From the NCBI GenBank assembly GCA_003971905.1, contig RSEE01000035.1:1-64000 (forward strand): 64,000 nt of DNA. The letters are read 5' to 3'. This DNA is from Moniliella sp. 'wahieum' (Eukaryota). Position numbers and translations under genes: made by a program. The notes beneath the pieces are model-generated. The model was not told where the DNA came from, did not search any database, and saw only the letters and a program-made list of their open reading frames with translations. Position 1 is the first letter of the stretch, and the number at the start of each line of letters is the position of its first letter. This document shows positions 26,846 to 39,754 of this stretch, one piece after another.

Positions 26846-28943
26846 GAGGGGGGAAGGAGAGCGGGGCAAGGGAGATGGAGATGGAGGTGGAGATGGAGAT
26901 GGTGAGCATAAGCGAACGCTGGGTCGCGTGGGCTCTAATCGACGGGCTGCTGCGGTGCTAGGATGGAAGGGTCGCTGATGCGATGCTGGCGATGCGGGAC
27001 GGAACAAAAGACGGATGGTGCGGCGAGCGAGGGGTTTGGCCAGCCCCCACTGGCCTAGCCTATGGTCTGGCCTGTTCTACAGCCTAGCTGGCGCGGCCTG
27101 TCGCTATCGTAGCCATAGTAGGAGCCCTCGGGTGCGAACCAACAAGGCGCTGCGAGAGTCGCGAAGGCGGTCACTACGCGTGTGCACACACCCCAGCATG
27201 ACGCATGTGGCGCGGGAGGCCAGAGGGCTCACATGCACATGCGTTCAGGCTCACATTCACAGGCGCTGAGGCGCTCCGGCCTCATTCGGAAGGCAGAGGC
27301 TCTGCTGAGGCTGATGAGCTGGCGCGCTATCAATCACACGCCCAGCGCTCCGATTGAGATCTGACATCTGATCGAGCTGAGTATCTCAGTGCGTGTTGAG
27401 CACTGTAAACGTACTGAGCTCGCTGAGGACGGTGATGCAGGAGGGGCCAGACGGTCTCCAGCACATGGTGTCCATGCTGGGAGACGCACGTCTCCAGCGT
27501 CCCCCGTGTGTGGCAGCGGCGAGAGGGATGCAGCGTGCGTCCAAACCTACCAGGTTGGTGGTCTCACTCCTTGATTTAGCCACTAGTTCAGTGTGCTCCC
27601 AGCGGGCAGATCGCGGGGGCAATGAATTGGTGCGTCATTTTTTGCCCTACATATTTTGCGAGCGTCTCAGAACAGCACCGAGGTACCAAGGGTGCCTGGC
27701 CATTAGATAAGCGCTGCCCGACCTAGAGTCACTAGTCACTAGAAGACCACCCCCAATCAGGTATCTCGCCCGCCACTAGCCATTCCAGATTCTGGGACGG
27801 GTATTGGCCAGCAGAGGGCTGTGGTCTGCTGTGGTGCGGGTGCCGCCAAGGCGGACAGGGGCCTAGCAGGCCCTGCAGGACTTCACAGATCTATGGCAGT
27901 GGCAGACCTCGGCTGCCTGACAGGGGCCCAGACACCCTCTTTGCGGGAGAGCGGGATATGAGGGGGGAGTGTACCCTACTAGTGTATCCCGCGTGCATAC
28001 GTCACCGTGACGTAGCCGCGGTTCAACGTTCAACGTTAACGTTCCGCTTTACGAAATTCAGACGTCCGTTACGCGTTATGGTGAGATCCGTTATGGTGAG
28101 ACAGCAACGTTCGAGTTCAGATCAACTGCAAACTACTCAGGCCTCCCGGAAAGGTCACTTCAAAGGTCACTTCAACCAACAGACGAGGTGACAGTAAAAA
28201 CTCCGCCATTGGTGCAGATGCAAACGTAGGCAGATGATCGATGAAGTCGATGAAGCTTGAAGCTTGAAGCTTGAAGCTTGAAGAGAGGAAGGGCGGAACT
28301 GGTCCGTCGGAACCCGTCCCCGTGTTCGTTAGTCGCCTACCGTCTGTGCTTTCGCCGATCTCTCTCATAGTGTCATGCTGTCATGCCTATACCCTCTGGT
28401 CTGCTGGTGGGAGCCACACCATCATAACCATCATTCTTCTTTTTTAAGGTTGATTCTTAGAGGCTCTTCTCTCCTTCTCTCGTCCACCTCAGCCTAGCAT
28501 GCCATATGGTGTCTAATGGAACAATATATTTGACAACTGCCCTCCTGATTAGTGCAGAGCCAGGAGGATAGGAAGATGAGAGGGGAGAGGAGAGCGAACG
28601 AAACATAGAGGAAAAGGCGGAAGCCACCTGGCCTCTTTTCAACAATTGTCCGATACGATTCCGTCATATCGCCACACGCTGGTCGGTCGTTGCTCGCTAG
28701 GCAACCTGTCATCCATTGGCGGTTGGTAAGAAGATATGTCTTCACAGGTGTCAGAGAGGGTGGGGAGACAGAGAAGGAAACCGTCGCTAAACCCAAAAGT
28801 TCAATGCATTTGTCCTCGAGTGCGTTGGTTGACGATGGTATAGTCGATAACACAGCAACGAAGGACGGAAAGGAGATAGGAGCTGTATAGCGCGGGTGAC
28901 CAAACAATATTCATCTAAGTCCATCTTTTCTATAGGCGGTATT

Positions 28944-29801
28944 TGTTACGGGGCGCTCCGGCTATCTCCGGACGCTGAGCCCCGCATGTCGTAGACATCT
29001 CAGCCCAACATGCGTCAGTTCGGTTAGACTAGCGAGAGAGAGCCAGTCGACACCTTATCCTTGTTGCGGATATCTTCCGCGGCCCGCCATGGCCGCATGA
29101 TCTTATCGGTACGATGCTTTGTGCCTATTGCGTCCAGTCTTGTCAGAACCCTTCCTGCTGCGCCCGACTGCGCAGCGTCAACGCCTTGGAAAGCAAGGGC
29201 TGTGCATTAGTTCTTTACCTTTCTGGAAGTGCCCCGCATTCTGTCTATACCTGTCATGAGGCACTTGAGGCCTGGTTCCCTCTGCTGTATATAAGCAGCC
29301 ATGTCTAAGGCTTGCTAGCTGTGGTCCTTGTCGACCATCCTGTCTATTACCGTTGGTCTCCCCGACTACCAGTTCCTCTCTCGCCCTTCCACCTTCTACC
29401 ACCCTTACGCTTACGAATTGACGACTTACGTCGAGTGCACTGCAAGCCGCGGTTACTCACATCAGTAGCGCTTGCTCTTCTTTAGGACTCTGTCTGTTCC
29501 CGCCGGCTACAGCGTACCGAGTGTGGTAACGCGGCGAGGAACAGAGTAATTCCGGAGCTCCTGGACCCCTTCAGCTGGTTTAACGACCTACGTACACGGC
29601 TCCTACCTCGCAGGGTCTGGACTGCGGCCTTTGCACGCAGGCAGCCACCCAAACTAGAGGGTCTCTCCCTAGCCTCTACACCCGCTCGGTTCAACCAGGA
29701 TCTGGAGCAGGACCTAACGTACGAGCCACCGATTGATCTGTCCAAGGGTTTACACCCCTAAACTACACGGGGGGTTCCCACCTCGGGACCCCCCCATGAC
29801 A
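28944..29801. mobile_element. Solo LTR (858 bp) with 5-bp TSD
   Basis: Termini TGTTACGGGG...CCCCATGACA. Flanked by direct repeat GTATT (28939-28943 and 29802-29806). Internal TATA-like gtatataagc at ~29287. Confidence 0.85.
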
Positions 29802-29987
29802 GTATTGCCAAATGGGAGGGCAAGGGCTATGCCGGACTCGCCCCCCGCCGTCACCCGATACTACCTTCGGCTCTATACTCTCCTATACGTACCTCATTGG
29901 AAGCCGAAGAGACGGCGTAGGGAGTGGCACGCGGTCATGAAAAGCTAAGCCACTCAACCGGGTGATAGGGTTCGTAATAATTGTTGC

Positions 29988-30239
29988 TGTTGCCCACATC
30001 ACCCACCGGTGGTGCCTTGCCTGATTCGTAGATGTGAAAGCTAGACCTAGAGTGGCCGCGCGCAGGCCAGCAGGCCACGTGTCTACTTCTGTCCCACTAC
30101 GTGTTCTGTCCTCTTCGCCACCACCTCTCCTCCCCCCTTCCCCTTCTTCTCGCTCACCTCGTTACTTGATTACTACTCGCTGTTCGTCTGTGGTTTAGAG
30201 ACTAGGTGTCTCAGGTCAGAGTCTTTACGCGTCGATACA
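29988..30239. mobile_element. Short solo LTR (~250 bp) with 4-bp TSD
   Basis: TGT...ACA termini flanked by TTGC on both sides. Shares tcgctca(c/a)ctcgttac, tctcag and the 3' end pattern with 56356-56620. Confidence 0.65.
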
Positions 30240-30359
30240 TTGCCTGAGAATATAGCTGAGCGGATGTATCCCTGTTTAATAAAGCGGCGTGGACGTTTGC
30301 GCAATGTTCTGACGTAAGCCGGGCGTGCCACGGGCGTAAGAGGGAGTCACCCGCGCACA

Positions 30360-30500
30360 TGGGTGATAAGTTCCTTCCAGCGTGGAATGGTGGACCGGTG
30401 GCTAAGGTGGCGACGGGGGAACGGTGGCTACGGGGGCGAGCAAGCACCAAGCACCAAGCACCTGAGGCCTGACCGGGCCGTAGGCCCGGTGGCCCTCTAG
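30360..30500 (+). mobile_element. Helitron-like 3' terminus
   Basis: Hairpin accgggcc-gta-ggcccggt (30472-30490) ends 6 nt before terminal CTAG, which is followed by T. About 140 bp is homologous to 44393-44515 (inverted). 5' end not located. Confidence 0.72.
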
Positions 30501-32013
30501 TATAGAGATGATCTCGACGATATCAGAAGATGACATTGATATCGGAAGATGGCATTTTGATACGGCATTGATATATCGGAAGATGACATCGGAAAAGATG
30601 CTGTGACATGTGTGAGAGACACCACAGAAGAAGCAGCCACAGGCGACTCGGGCCGCAGCGCTAACGAGACAATAGCATACATTCGTTTAGCCTATAACGT
30701 GCTTTTTGACGGAGAGTGGAATGGATCCGTTAGGTCAATTGAAAACGCTTTGAAGAGTTGTGTGAGGACAGCAAGGCAGGGGCAGAAGTGGTGGGGATAC
30801 AATCAGGGGGAGAGGCAACCTGGAGGCGCAACAAGGAGGGGCGGACCACAGAGGCGGCCGAAAGGGGGGGCCGCGCACAAGAGCATGAGTCCGTTATTCG
30901 CGCAAATGTCTTCATCGGCGGTCGTAACAGGCCGTAGCAGCCGCACCGTAATAGTCCGAACGCTCTATGTAATCGGCTGCTGATGATTCGGGTTAAAAGC
31001 CTTTTCTTGTTGCCGACGGAATCCGGGCCTGTGTAGGCCTAATTCGCGGCATCGTTAAGAACATGGGACTGTGGATCCACCTCATATGCTTTTCAATTGA
31101 AGCTTGAAGGTTGAAGCTCTTCCCAAGTCAACTTCACAGCGAGATGGGCGATGCCAGACTTCTGTCTCACAGACGAGAGCGTAGCAGAAGTCGCTGACGT
31201 GTGACATGTGACATGCGATTAAAGATTCGCGATGCTGATGGTGACGCGGTGACGCACAGCCATCGGTCAACTCGGTCAGTTCGGTCAAATGACCGGCGAT
31301 AAAACAGCCGTTGTCACCGACCCAGTAGATGCATCTACGACCTTCTCCGACTCCTCACTTGAATAACCCCTGCCAACAAAACAACATAAGCCAGGGACGT
31401 TGCAGTGGGACAGAGGAAACGCTTGGTCCACCAAGTTGGGGACAATCTGGGGCAGCACTGGGGCAGCCTACGCTGGCGGCGTGGAATTTTCGGCTCCGAC
31501 GTGTGGCTTGTGGCGCTGTGCATCACGATGCGTGACGCGTGACGTGGGCTGAAGCAGGCTGAAGCAGAGGCACTCAACAGTGGTAACTCCGCTCTACGCC
31601 CGTCCATTCCATCCTCTTCCCTCGCCGATGAATTCGTTGAACGCAGGTCACACGTCACATTATACTTTGCTAGTTACCCACGTAACAATTGGATTGTTGA
31701 TCATGCATCATTGACATCATTGATGCATGATGACCGCAATACAATCGAACCACCCTGTTGCCCGCTCCCTTCGGCGGTCAACAGGCCCTCAGGATGCCGC
31801 CTCTCACGTCCTCAGCAATGCTGGTGGCAGCCTGTGAGGCCAAGCCGCACGGGCAGTGGTACCCGGCCCAGGCACTAACATCGTGACGCTGTTACGCTGT
31901 ACAGGTGCCTCACAAGCCAGGCCGGAAAGTATTTAAAGGCCTTTGTGTTTCTGTCAGCTGGTGACCACCACATCGCGCATCTCCTCCCACCTCTAGAGGC
32001 AACTACTTTCCAC

Positions 32014-33185
32014 ATGTCCAACAAAATCCTTACCCCGCTCAAGCTTGGAAGTATTACGGTGTCCAACCGTATCTTCCTTGCTCCGCTCACTCGGACCCGG
32101 GCGACGGAAAGCCATGTTCCGACTCCTGTGATGGGGGAGTACTATGGTCAGCGTGCCACGGCCGGCTTGATCATCAGCGAGGGAACAGCCATCAGCCCAA
32201 TCGGTGTGCCTAACCCCAACATCCCTGGATTTGGACGCAGGAGCAGATCGCCGCGTGGAAGCCCATTACCGACACTGTCCACCAAAAGGGGGGTAAGATG
32301 TTTGCCAGCTTTGGCACGGAGGCCGGATGTCGCACTCCTCCCTCCTCGGAGGACAGACCTGTCTCTTCTTCGGCCACTACGCCGTCGTTGAAGGTCTTTA
32401 CTCAAACTGGCTTTGCTGATCCAGAGCAAGCGCGGCCGTTGACTATTGCTGAGATCGCCGCTACTGTCAAGGACTACGCTCAGGCCGCCAAGAACGCGAT
32501 TGAAGCTGGATTCGATGGCGTGCAGATCCATGGTGCCAACGGTACGTGCTGGATACATTGTTAGGATCTTCATTTTACTAAGCACTTAACTGACCACGTC
32601 TTCTGTGTAGGCTACTTGATCGACCAGTTCTTGTGCACCTCTACCAACACTCGTACCGACGAATACGGTGGCAGCCCGGAGAAGCGGGTGCGGTTTTACA
32701 GTGAGGTAGTCAATGCTGTCGCTGCTGCCATTGGCGGAGACAAGGTTGGCACGCGTTTCTCTCCCAATGGAGACTCGCAGGGCGCGATCGACGACCAGTA
32801 TGAGAAGACGTACCCGCTTGCTGCTGCGGCCGCTCGGGAGGCGGGGACTGCTTGGATCGAGCTGCGTGAGACCAAGGACAAGAACGCCTTCTGGGACCAG
32901 TTCACTGGTGAGAAGAAGGGCGACATGGGGCAGGCCCCCATCCATGACCTGATGCGCAAGGCGTTCCAAGGCCCTGTGTGTGAACGAATCGTTCACTGCC
33001 GAGACGGCTAAGCAGGCTGTTGACTCGGGCGTCGCTGACGCCGTTTCGTGGGGTCGGTACTACATCTCTAACCCGGACTTGGTTGAGCGCATCAAGCAGG
33101 GCAAGGAATGGGCTCCCCAGCGCCCAAGGAGACGTGGTACGACTCGTCGGCGAAGGGCTACACTGACTGGCCTACTGCAACTTAA
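32014..33185 (+). CDS. Old Yellow Enzyme / NADH:flavin alkene reductase
   Basis: [55 protein letters not shown] (intron 32542-32610), [24 protein letters not shown]. Confidence 0.95.
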
Positions 33186-33354
33186 TAGCGCTTCCAACTG
33201 CCGAGACATTATCTGCAATCGGTCTGCTGCCGTCTGATACGAGGGCAGGAGGTGAAATGAAGGCTGTAATCAATTGCTTTTCTTGGACTTGTGCGCCCGT
33301 ATTGCAGAGTGAGAAGCTGTAGCTGTTTTCGTATCACTTCCTCTTTCTATGTGT

Positions 33355-33571
33355 TGAGCTAGGTGGCTCGTGCTTTGGCCAATGTCCCTTCAGCTCCTCC
33401 TCAGCCTAGGAGTTCCGCGGTTTCCCCTCTCCTGTTTTCCTCGTCCAGCAGCTTAGCCCCTGATGGCGACTCGCTGCTTGATGTTCTTCTGTAGGCATTG
33501 CTGGTGGCCACACTACCACCACCAGTGCGATTGCATCACCTCGAGGACCATTAGGACTCCAGGTCTCATCA
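33355..33571 (-). repeat. Dispersed repeat family, copy B (inverted), ~110 bp upstream of the tRNA
   Basis: Reverse complement aligns with 18781-19042 and 46959-47213. Confidence 0.82.
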
Positions 33572-33679
33572 GTATGGAGGGGAATGGGTGGCAGGCTTTT
33601 AGCAGGGCGGTGAAAACAGCAAAGGCGACTAAGCTCAATGTGCTCAACATTATGAGTAGCACCGTCGTGCTGCATAACA

Positions 33680-33765
33680 GCCTCGCTATTTCAATCGGTA
33701 GAATTGAGACTCTTATGCTGAAGAGGTCGATCTCACGGTTGTGGGTTCGAGTCCCACGTGGGGCG
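33680..33765 (+). tRNA. tRNA-Lys(CTT) with 14-nt intron
   Basis: Acceptor stem GCCTCGC/GTGGGGC; anticodon arm TGAGA-CT-CTT-A-[intron 33716-33729]-A-TCTCA; T arm GTGGG-TTCGAGT-CCCAC; oligo-T Pol III terminator immediately after. D arm slightly irregular. Confidence 0.92.
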
Positions 33766-34289
33766 TTTTTTTTATAGCTGTTGTGATGGTGGACTAGAGC
33801 TAGGACTGGTGGAGACGGAGCAGGTTCCTTTGCCTCAGTTATGCCGGACAGGACGTGCTTGATTAATGAAAGCAGCGTCAAGATGAAGTTCGTCTCCCAT
33901 TCTTTGCGCCTCTGAGCGGTGCTGGTGCACAGCGGCGTCGCGCCTCACGCGTCACTTGTCACGTGACGTATTGTCGGAATTTAACCAGCTACGATCGGTG
34001 CAAGTTCCCTTTCCGCTGTGCAGGCGGTCCCGAAACAGCAGCAATAAGCAGAGGGGCAGTGTTGTGCACGAAGTGGGTCTGGGTCCATGCATGATCATCG
34101 ATCACCATCTGTCGTGGGCGGATCTGTGGACGGAGTGCGTGGACCCTAACCACTTTCTCCCCGGTTTCACTGGCCCAGCTGCAAGCTTCACCCGCCACCA
34201 TCACTGCCAAACCTCACCAGGGCGAGGACAACAACGCCGTACCGCGCCCCCGTTCGGAGCTACTCGCAGGTTCAACTGAACGTACAAGG

Positions 34290-35871
34290 TTGATTATGGC
34301 ACGATCCAACCCCTTGCTCCGCCTACTGGTACGTTGCACCATCTGTTTGGCCCCAATAAGAAAAGTGGCTTACCTTACATTAAGATTAAGGGCGGCTCCA
34401 ATTACAACACAGGCGGTAACACCAATGGTCGCGTCTCATGGGAGGCCATAGAAACAGAAGTGTTGCTTGAATCGTTGGACGAGATTTGTGCGTACAAGCA
34501 GGCGCACCCTTCAATTCGTCCCTATAATGTTGTTTTGCGCTGGCATGGCATTGGGGGCGAACGTTCCAATATGCTAGCAGGACGCAACAATGTGCAACTC
34601 AAGGACAAGTCGCGTAATGAGCTATTGCGCATGAAACGCTCGAACCAAGAGATCCCCTTTTGGAAGAACATTTCACAAGACTCTGTGGGTAAGTACCAAG
34701 TTTCGAGTCTGACCCGTTACTTTCCTTTCGTTGGTACTAACCTTGGACTTTGTTGGGTGGTGATGATAAGGAGGAGGGTGTCTGGCTTCAACCAGCACCA
34801 CCGGTTCCCTCTATTGAGGAGGGGCTGCGAAACGGGTTTCTGCGCAGCGAACTTGGGCTTCCCAAAGACGAGAGAAAGGCGGACAGTGGCAGGCACATCT
34901 GAGGCTGGCGACGCGTCGTCTCCGCTTACCCACCCCCAGGGCTCCCAGATGATGATCCTCTGACCCCTGTACCCAAAAAGAAGCGCACGAGCGAGAAGCG
35001 CAAGTATAACCAGCGCAAGACGGGCGGCCGTCCCCGAAGGACGAAGAGACAAAGAAGCGAAAACGGCTTGAGGCCCAAGCGACAAAGAAGCGACAACGGC
35101 TTGAGGCCCAAGAGCAAAGATGCGACAACAGCTTGAGGCCCAGACGGCTTCCGCTGTTGAAGAGGCAACCCAACTGCATTTACAAGCCCACCAAGCTGCC
35201 GCCGCATACGCGTCAGTGATGAATTCGGTGCCTGTCGCGCGTAGTCCAGGCTCACAGCGCAGCCGCAAGACTACGATCACGCAGTTGCATGCTGCGGCCC
35301 ACCAGACGGCCCAGGCGGCAGCCCGTGCCAGTATCCATGCTTGGCTCCTGTATTTGTAGCGTTTTGCGCCTGACGCTTTGCAGGATCGCCAAGCAGCCGA
35401 TGACAGCCAGATGACGACCGGGATGGACATGGCACAACTGCAGGCACAGATGCAGGAATACGCTGCTCAGCATCCGGCCATCGTGGCGGATAGCGCAGCG
35501 GCATGCTGAGCCAAACGCTGAGGGTGCAGAGGCCATTGCTGCGGCTGCTGCGTCGGATGGTGTATTCGATTTATGGCCCAGGCAGCAAGCTATGCACAGC
35601 AGCTGCTCGAGACGGAGGAGAGGAGGGAGCGGAGACATGAAGGCAAGCGGGAGGCTGATGAAGCATGCGTGTGTTGATTGATGACTGGTCGGGGCGTCCG
35701 CAGACGGTGGCAGGCCAGGGGATAGACCTGGGAATGGAATGGCAGTTTGAAATGCTGCGTGGGCTGGCGGTGTGGGGGGCGGGGGCAGCTGAGGGACGAG
35801 TGACGAGTGCTAGTCAGGGCGAGTGGCGCGTGCGGGCTGCGTACACGGGGCGCGCGCGATGGCCCGGCTGA
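34290..35871 (+). CDS. Protein with a Tbf1/TRF-type telobox Myb domain followed by a coiled-coil region; boundaries uncertain
   Basis: 34430-34663 reads RVSWEAIETEVLLESL..VVLRWHGIGGERSNMLAGRNNVQLKDKSRNELLRMKR..IPFW. Probable intron ~34688-34770. Three ~33-bp tandem units (KKRxRLEAQ) at ~35051-35145. Confidence 0.65.
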
Positions 35872-36022
35872 GTGTAGTTTCAATTTGCACGTGTCACACC
35901 GCGCCACACCGCAGCACCTTCTCATGGCGTCCGACCCCCATCAGTAGCGCCTGCGCAGCCTGCATCTAACCCCCTCCCCCCCTTCTCCCCGTCTCCCACC
36001 ACCATCCACCGCCGCAGCCCCC

Positions 36023-37949
36023 ATGAGCTCCCGCATATCCACCCGCCCCCTTCGTCTTCGGCTCGCATGCCGCGCGCAGAGCAGATGTTGAAGACGCCCG
36101 CGCCGCGCGAGAAGCGATGCTGGCCGCAGCCACAGTGCCCCTGCCAGCAACACAGGTCCACCACCGACTCTCCCACCATCCTCCCGCCTCCTCCCAGCAC
36201 CCAATCCAGTAGGTGTTTCCGCCGTCCCTTCTCTCTGTGAACACTGACATATCCCCCTGCCGATCCAGCCGACCGGTCCGCCCGCATTCCGAACTGAAAG
36301 CAGCCCTGGAGGACCGCAACGCAAGGTTGCGAATGCATTTCGGCGGGTGCGCGAGCATTGCTTCACAGCAAGTTGAGGGGCGCGTCCATCCGAGCACCGG
36401 ACAGGCTCTGGAGCGGCCTCTCCACCTACGCGGTGCCCTCGCCACTGAGGACAACTGACTGCACAGGCCCCAGTGAGAAGGAAGGGGGAACGATGCGGAC
36501 GGCTTCCCAACCATCGGGATCAGAGCGTAACTCTGCTTCGCGGCCATCTCATCGTCATCGTCACATGCCGACGTGTCCTCTTCCACCTCCACCTCCACCC
36601 TGGTTGCCCCATTGACTCCCAAACAGCCTGCCGCACCACAGCCGACGACCCCGGCTCAGGGCGAGGGGAGTCCATTGAGCAGTCAGGGTGGCACGCCCTC
36701 GTCCTCTGGTCTTGCTCCGCCTAGCGCAGTAAGCTCAAATCCTTCGGGCCGCGGGGAGGGAATGCAGCACCAATCCAAGGGTTCGTGGGGGCGCAGCAAC
36801 AAGGGCTTGCGTACTGCTGCCACATTACCTTGGAAGCGCGCTTCGCTCTCGGCGGCTATGGCTGGAGCCAGTCGCTCGCTTTGGCGGAGTACCTCCCCAT
36901 CTCATTTGCGCACTGCCTCTTCGGTTTCTTCTTCGCCTGCCGCGCCTCATGGCTCGTTACCCCACTCCCCGCCTCGGGCTCTATCCCACCTTTGTTGGAG
37001 CAAGTGGATAAGGAGCCACCTTCTCATTCCCAAGAGAGGGACGTACACCGAGAAGAAACCAGTCTCCCTCCCTCTTCTGAGACGGCTGCCAAGGAACCCG
37101 AGTCCCTTTTGGAACCACAAGGTATTTCCCATCCTCCCATTTCAACTGGTGCCGTGATCCGATACTTGACCGACGAGGTCCAGGAAGCTCGTGAAGGTCT
37201 GGCCTCAACCCAACGTGCCTTGGTGAGTGTGCAAGCTGAGCAGCGCGACATTTCCCGCGCTCTCGGCGACGCACGAGAAGCCCGAGCGCGGGCGGAGGAG
37301 GCTGTGCAAGCAGCCGAGCGCATGTTGGCTCGGAGAGAACGGTTATTGGCCGATGCGCGAGACCGGTTGCGTGGGGCAGAACACCGGGCCCGGACCTTGG
37401 GCGCCGCCTCGCGCGACAAGGGAACGCGTCTACGTGAGCTGGAGGCAAAACTGGGCAAGCAGCGAGGGAAGCAGCCCGGCAAGAAGCTGCGTACGAAGCG
37501 CTCCGGACCAAGTGGGATGCTGCCCGAACCGCCCACCGCCTCGAACTGGCTGAGATCAAGGCCCACAATGCACGAGACGCTGAAAAGGTCTGCGCTGAGC
37601 TCGCTGACCATAAGACCCGATGGACCACTTTGACTGCCCCCTCTACGACCGCCGCATTTGCTGCTGCTGCCTCTTCTGGAGGGATGTCTTTTGCGGCTGC
37701 CTCTGGCACGGGCACGGGTAAAGGAAATGCCAAGTCGGATCCTTCCCTCCCGAGGATGGGGTGGCAGCGGCAGTGGCTTCCTTGCGTGCAGAGCAAGACG
37801 CAGCAGCGTTGGCGATTGGCACGTTACTCGACCCTTTGGTTGCTCAAGCACAGGAGCTTGAAGACCGTGATAAGCGAGTAGAGGCTACCCTTCTTGACAC
37901 GCTCCACGAGATTCGTCGTCTTCATCGCTTGTCCCTGGCTGCGCCCTAA
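36023..37949 (+). CDS. Hypothetical protein, Ser/Pro-rich with C-terminal coiled coil
   Basis: Coding-like stitched frames. Heptad-rich segment YLTDEVQEAREGLASTQRAL...RLRELEAKLG and C-terminal ELEDRDKRVEATLLDTLHEIRRLHRL. No family recognised. Confidence 0.45.
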
Positions 37950-38614
37950 TACGCCTGGCAGGATCTGTCTCGACCCCGCTGCAGTTTCTCCTCGCGCCTT
38001 TACATTGGGGATGTTGTCTGTATCAGTGTTGAACAGTGGCCCACCCGCTCCCTTTCCTCCAAGGTAATCCTGCCATTCGTGCTTCTTCTGAGGGCTATCA
38101 TCACGTTTACCCCGCAACGTTCTTCTGTGCTGCCTCGGTTGTTGCCCAGGGGTACATCCTTGGTGATGCTGCCCGTTTTGCATTCCTGCTGCTCTGCGGC
38201 CCCTTCCATCCGCATCCCATTCTATCCTGACAGACCCTCATGCGCAGCACGCCTCTGTTCGCGCTTAGCGTCCACCATCATTCATTCGGACCCGATGCCA
38301 CATTCGTCTCTTCCGTGATCGTTTCCAACCTGCAGAGCCTCCATGGGGGGGTATAGTCACCAGCGGTAGCATGTAAATGTTGGGGGGTGGCTGCCCCAGC
38401 AAGTTGGACATGAAGCTGGCGATGAGTGGCCGTCACGTGGGGACATGAAACGGCGCTTGTAAAACTTTCAGAACGTCGGTCTGCTCGGGTCCACCTGGGT
38501 TAGTAATGGGCTACTGGCATCGTGCCTGCCAGGTCCGCTGACTGCAAGCCCACCTCCACCTCTGCCTCGACGGCCCCCCCACCCACCGCCTCCCGCCGCG
38601 CCGCGCCGACAACC

Positions 38615-39518
38615 ATGGTGGCCCTTGCCGCTCTCAGCATCCGCGCCGCTGCGCGTGCGACGCCTAGGATTGCTCCCCGCATCCCCCTCCGCGCTCTTCC
38701 TCTGTCCGCGCCCTGGCCCAGCCCCCGTACCCGGCCGGCGGTGACCGCGTCAAGCCCGACTCGCCCTTCATCGAGCCAGCCGGCATCAACCCAGCGGAAA
38801 AGTACCAGGCGATCAGCCTTCCCCTCCACGACTATGGCGCCTACCTCACCAGCGTGCTGCCCAAGTTCATCCAGCAGTTCACAGTGGTCAAGGACGAGTT
38901 GACCCTCTACATTGCTCCGGCCAGTGTCACTCCCGTCCTTGAATTTCTGCGCGACCACCCAGTGCCAGTACACCCAACTGCAGGACCTGACCGCCGTTGA
39001 CTTCCCCTCGCGCTCGCAGCGCTTTGAGATTGTCTACCACCTCCTCTCGATCAACTTCAACTCGCGGATTCGCGTCAAGACCTACGGTGACGAGGTGACC
39101 CCCATTCCCAGTGCGACCGGCCTCTTCCGCTCGGCAGACTGGATGGAGCGTGAGGTGTACGATCTGTTTGGTGTCTTCTTTGTTGGCCATCCGGACCTGC
39201 GCCGGATCATGACTGACTATGGTACGTGTTTTCCTGCCCTGCGCTGCTATGCACATGTCTAACCCCGATTGGTGCACAGGCTTTGAGGGTCACCCGCTGC
39301 GCAAGGACTTCCCCTTGACGGGGTACACCGAACTGCGGTACGACGAAGAGAAGAAGCGTGTGGTGCAAGAGCCCTTGCAGCTGACCCAAGCTTTCCGCAA
39401 CTTTGAGGGCACCTCTCCGTGGGAACAAGTGGGCGAGGGGGTGTCGTACCTGCCCAACGAATACCAGCTGGTCCCGCCGCCCAAGGAGGAGGAGCCACCC
39501 AAGGACGCCAAGAAGTGA
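38615..39518 (+). CDS. NDUFS3: NADH:ubiquinone oxidoreductase 30 kDa subunit (complex I, NDUFS3/NuoC)
   Basis: [54 protein letters not shown], intron 39222-39279, [29 protein letters not shown]. Confidence 0.97.
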
Positions 39519-39754
39519 TGGTTCGGCGGTATGCATCAATGCGTCAAGGATCGATTTTCCCCCTCTCTGAGAGGTGTGTGGCGCAGAGTTTCAGTACTAT
39601 GCAGCAGGCAGAGTGCGGGGCAGGGATGATTAGATGGCTTGTGCGTCTGACGCTGTGCTTGCGACATGGAGGAGCAAGAGCCAAGCTACCAAGACTGGCC
39701 TCACTGATGGCCTCACTAGCCAGCCAGACGAAAGCAGGTGCTCCCCAGGCATTT

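Noticed and set aside
19839..33185. GNAT + NRPS-like + OYE as a biosynthetic gene cluster
   Set aside because: Only adjacency supports it. No transporter or cluster TF is seen, and the genes are separated by repeats. It would need synteny or co-expression data.
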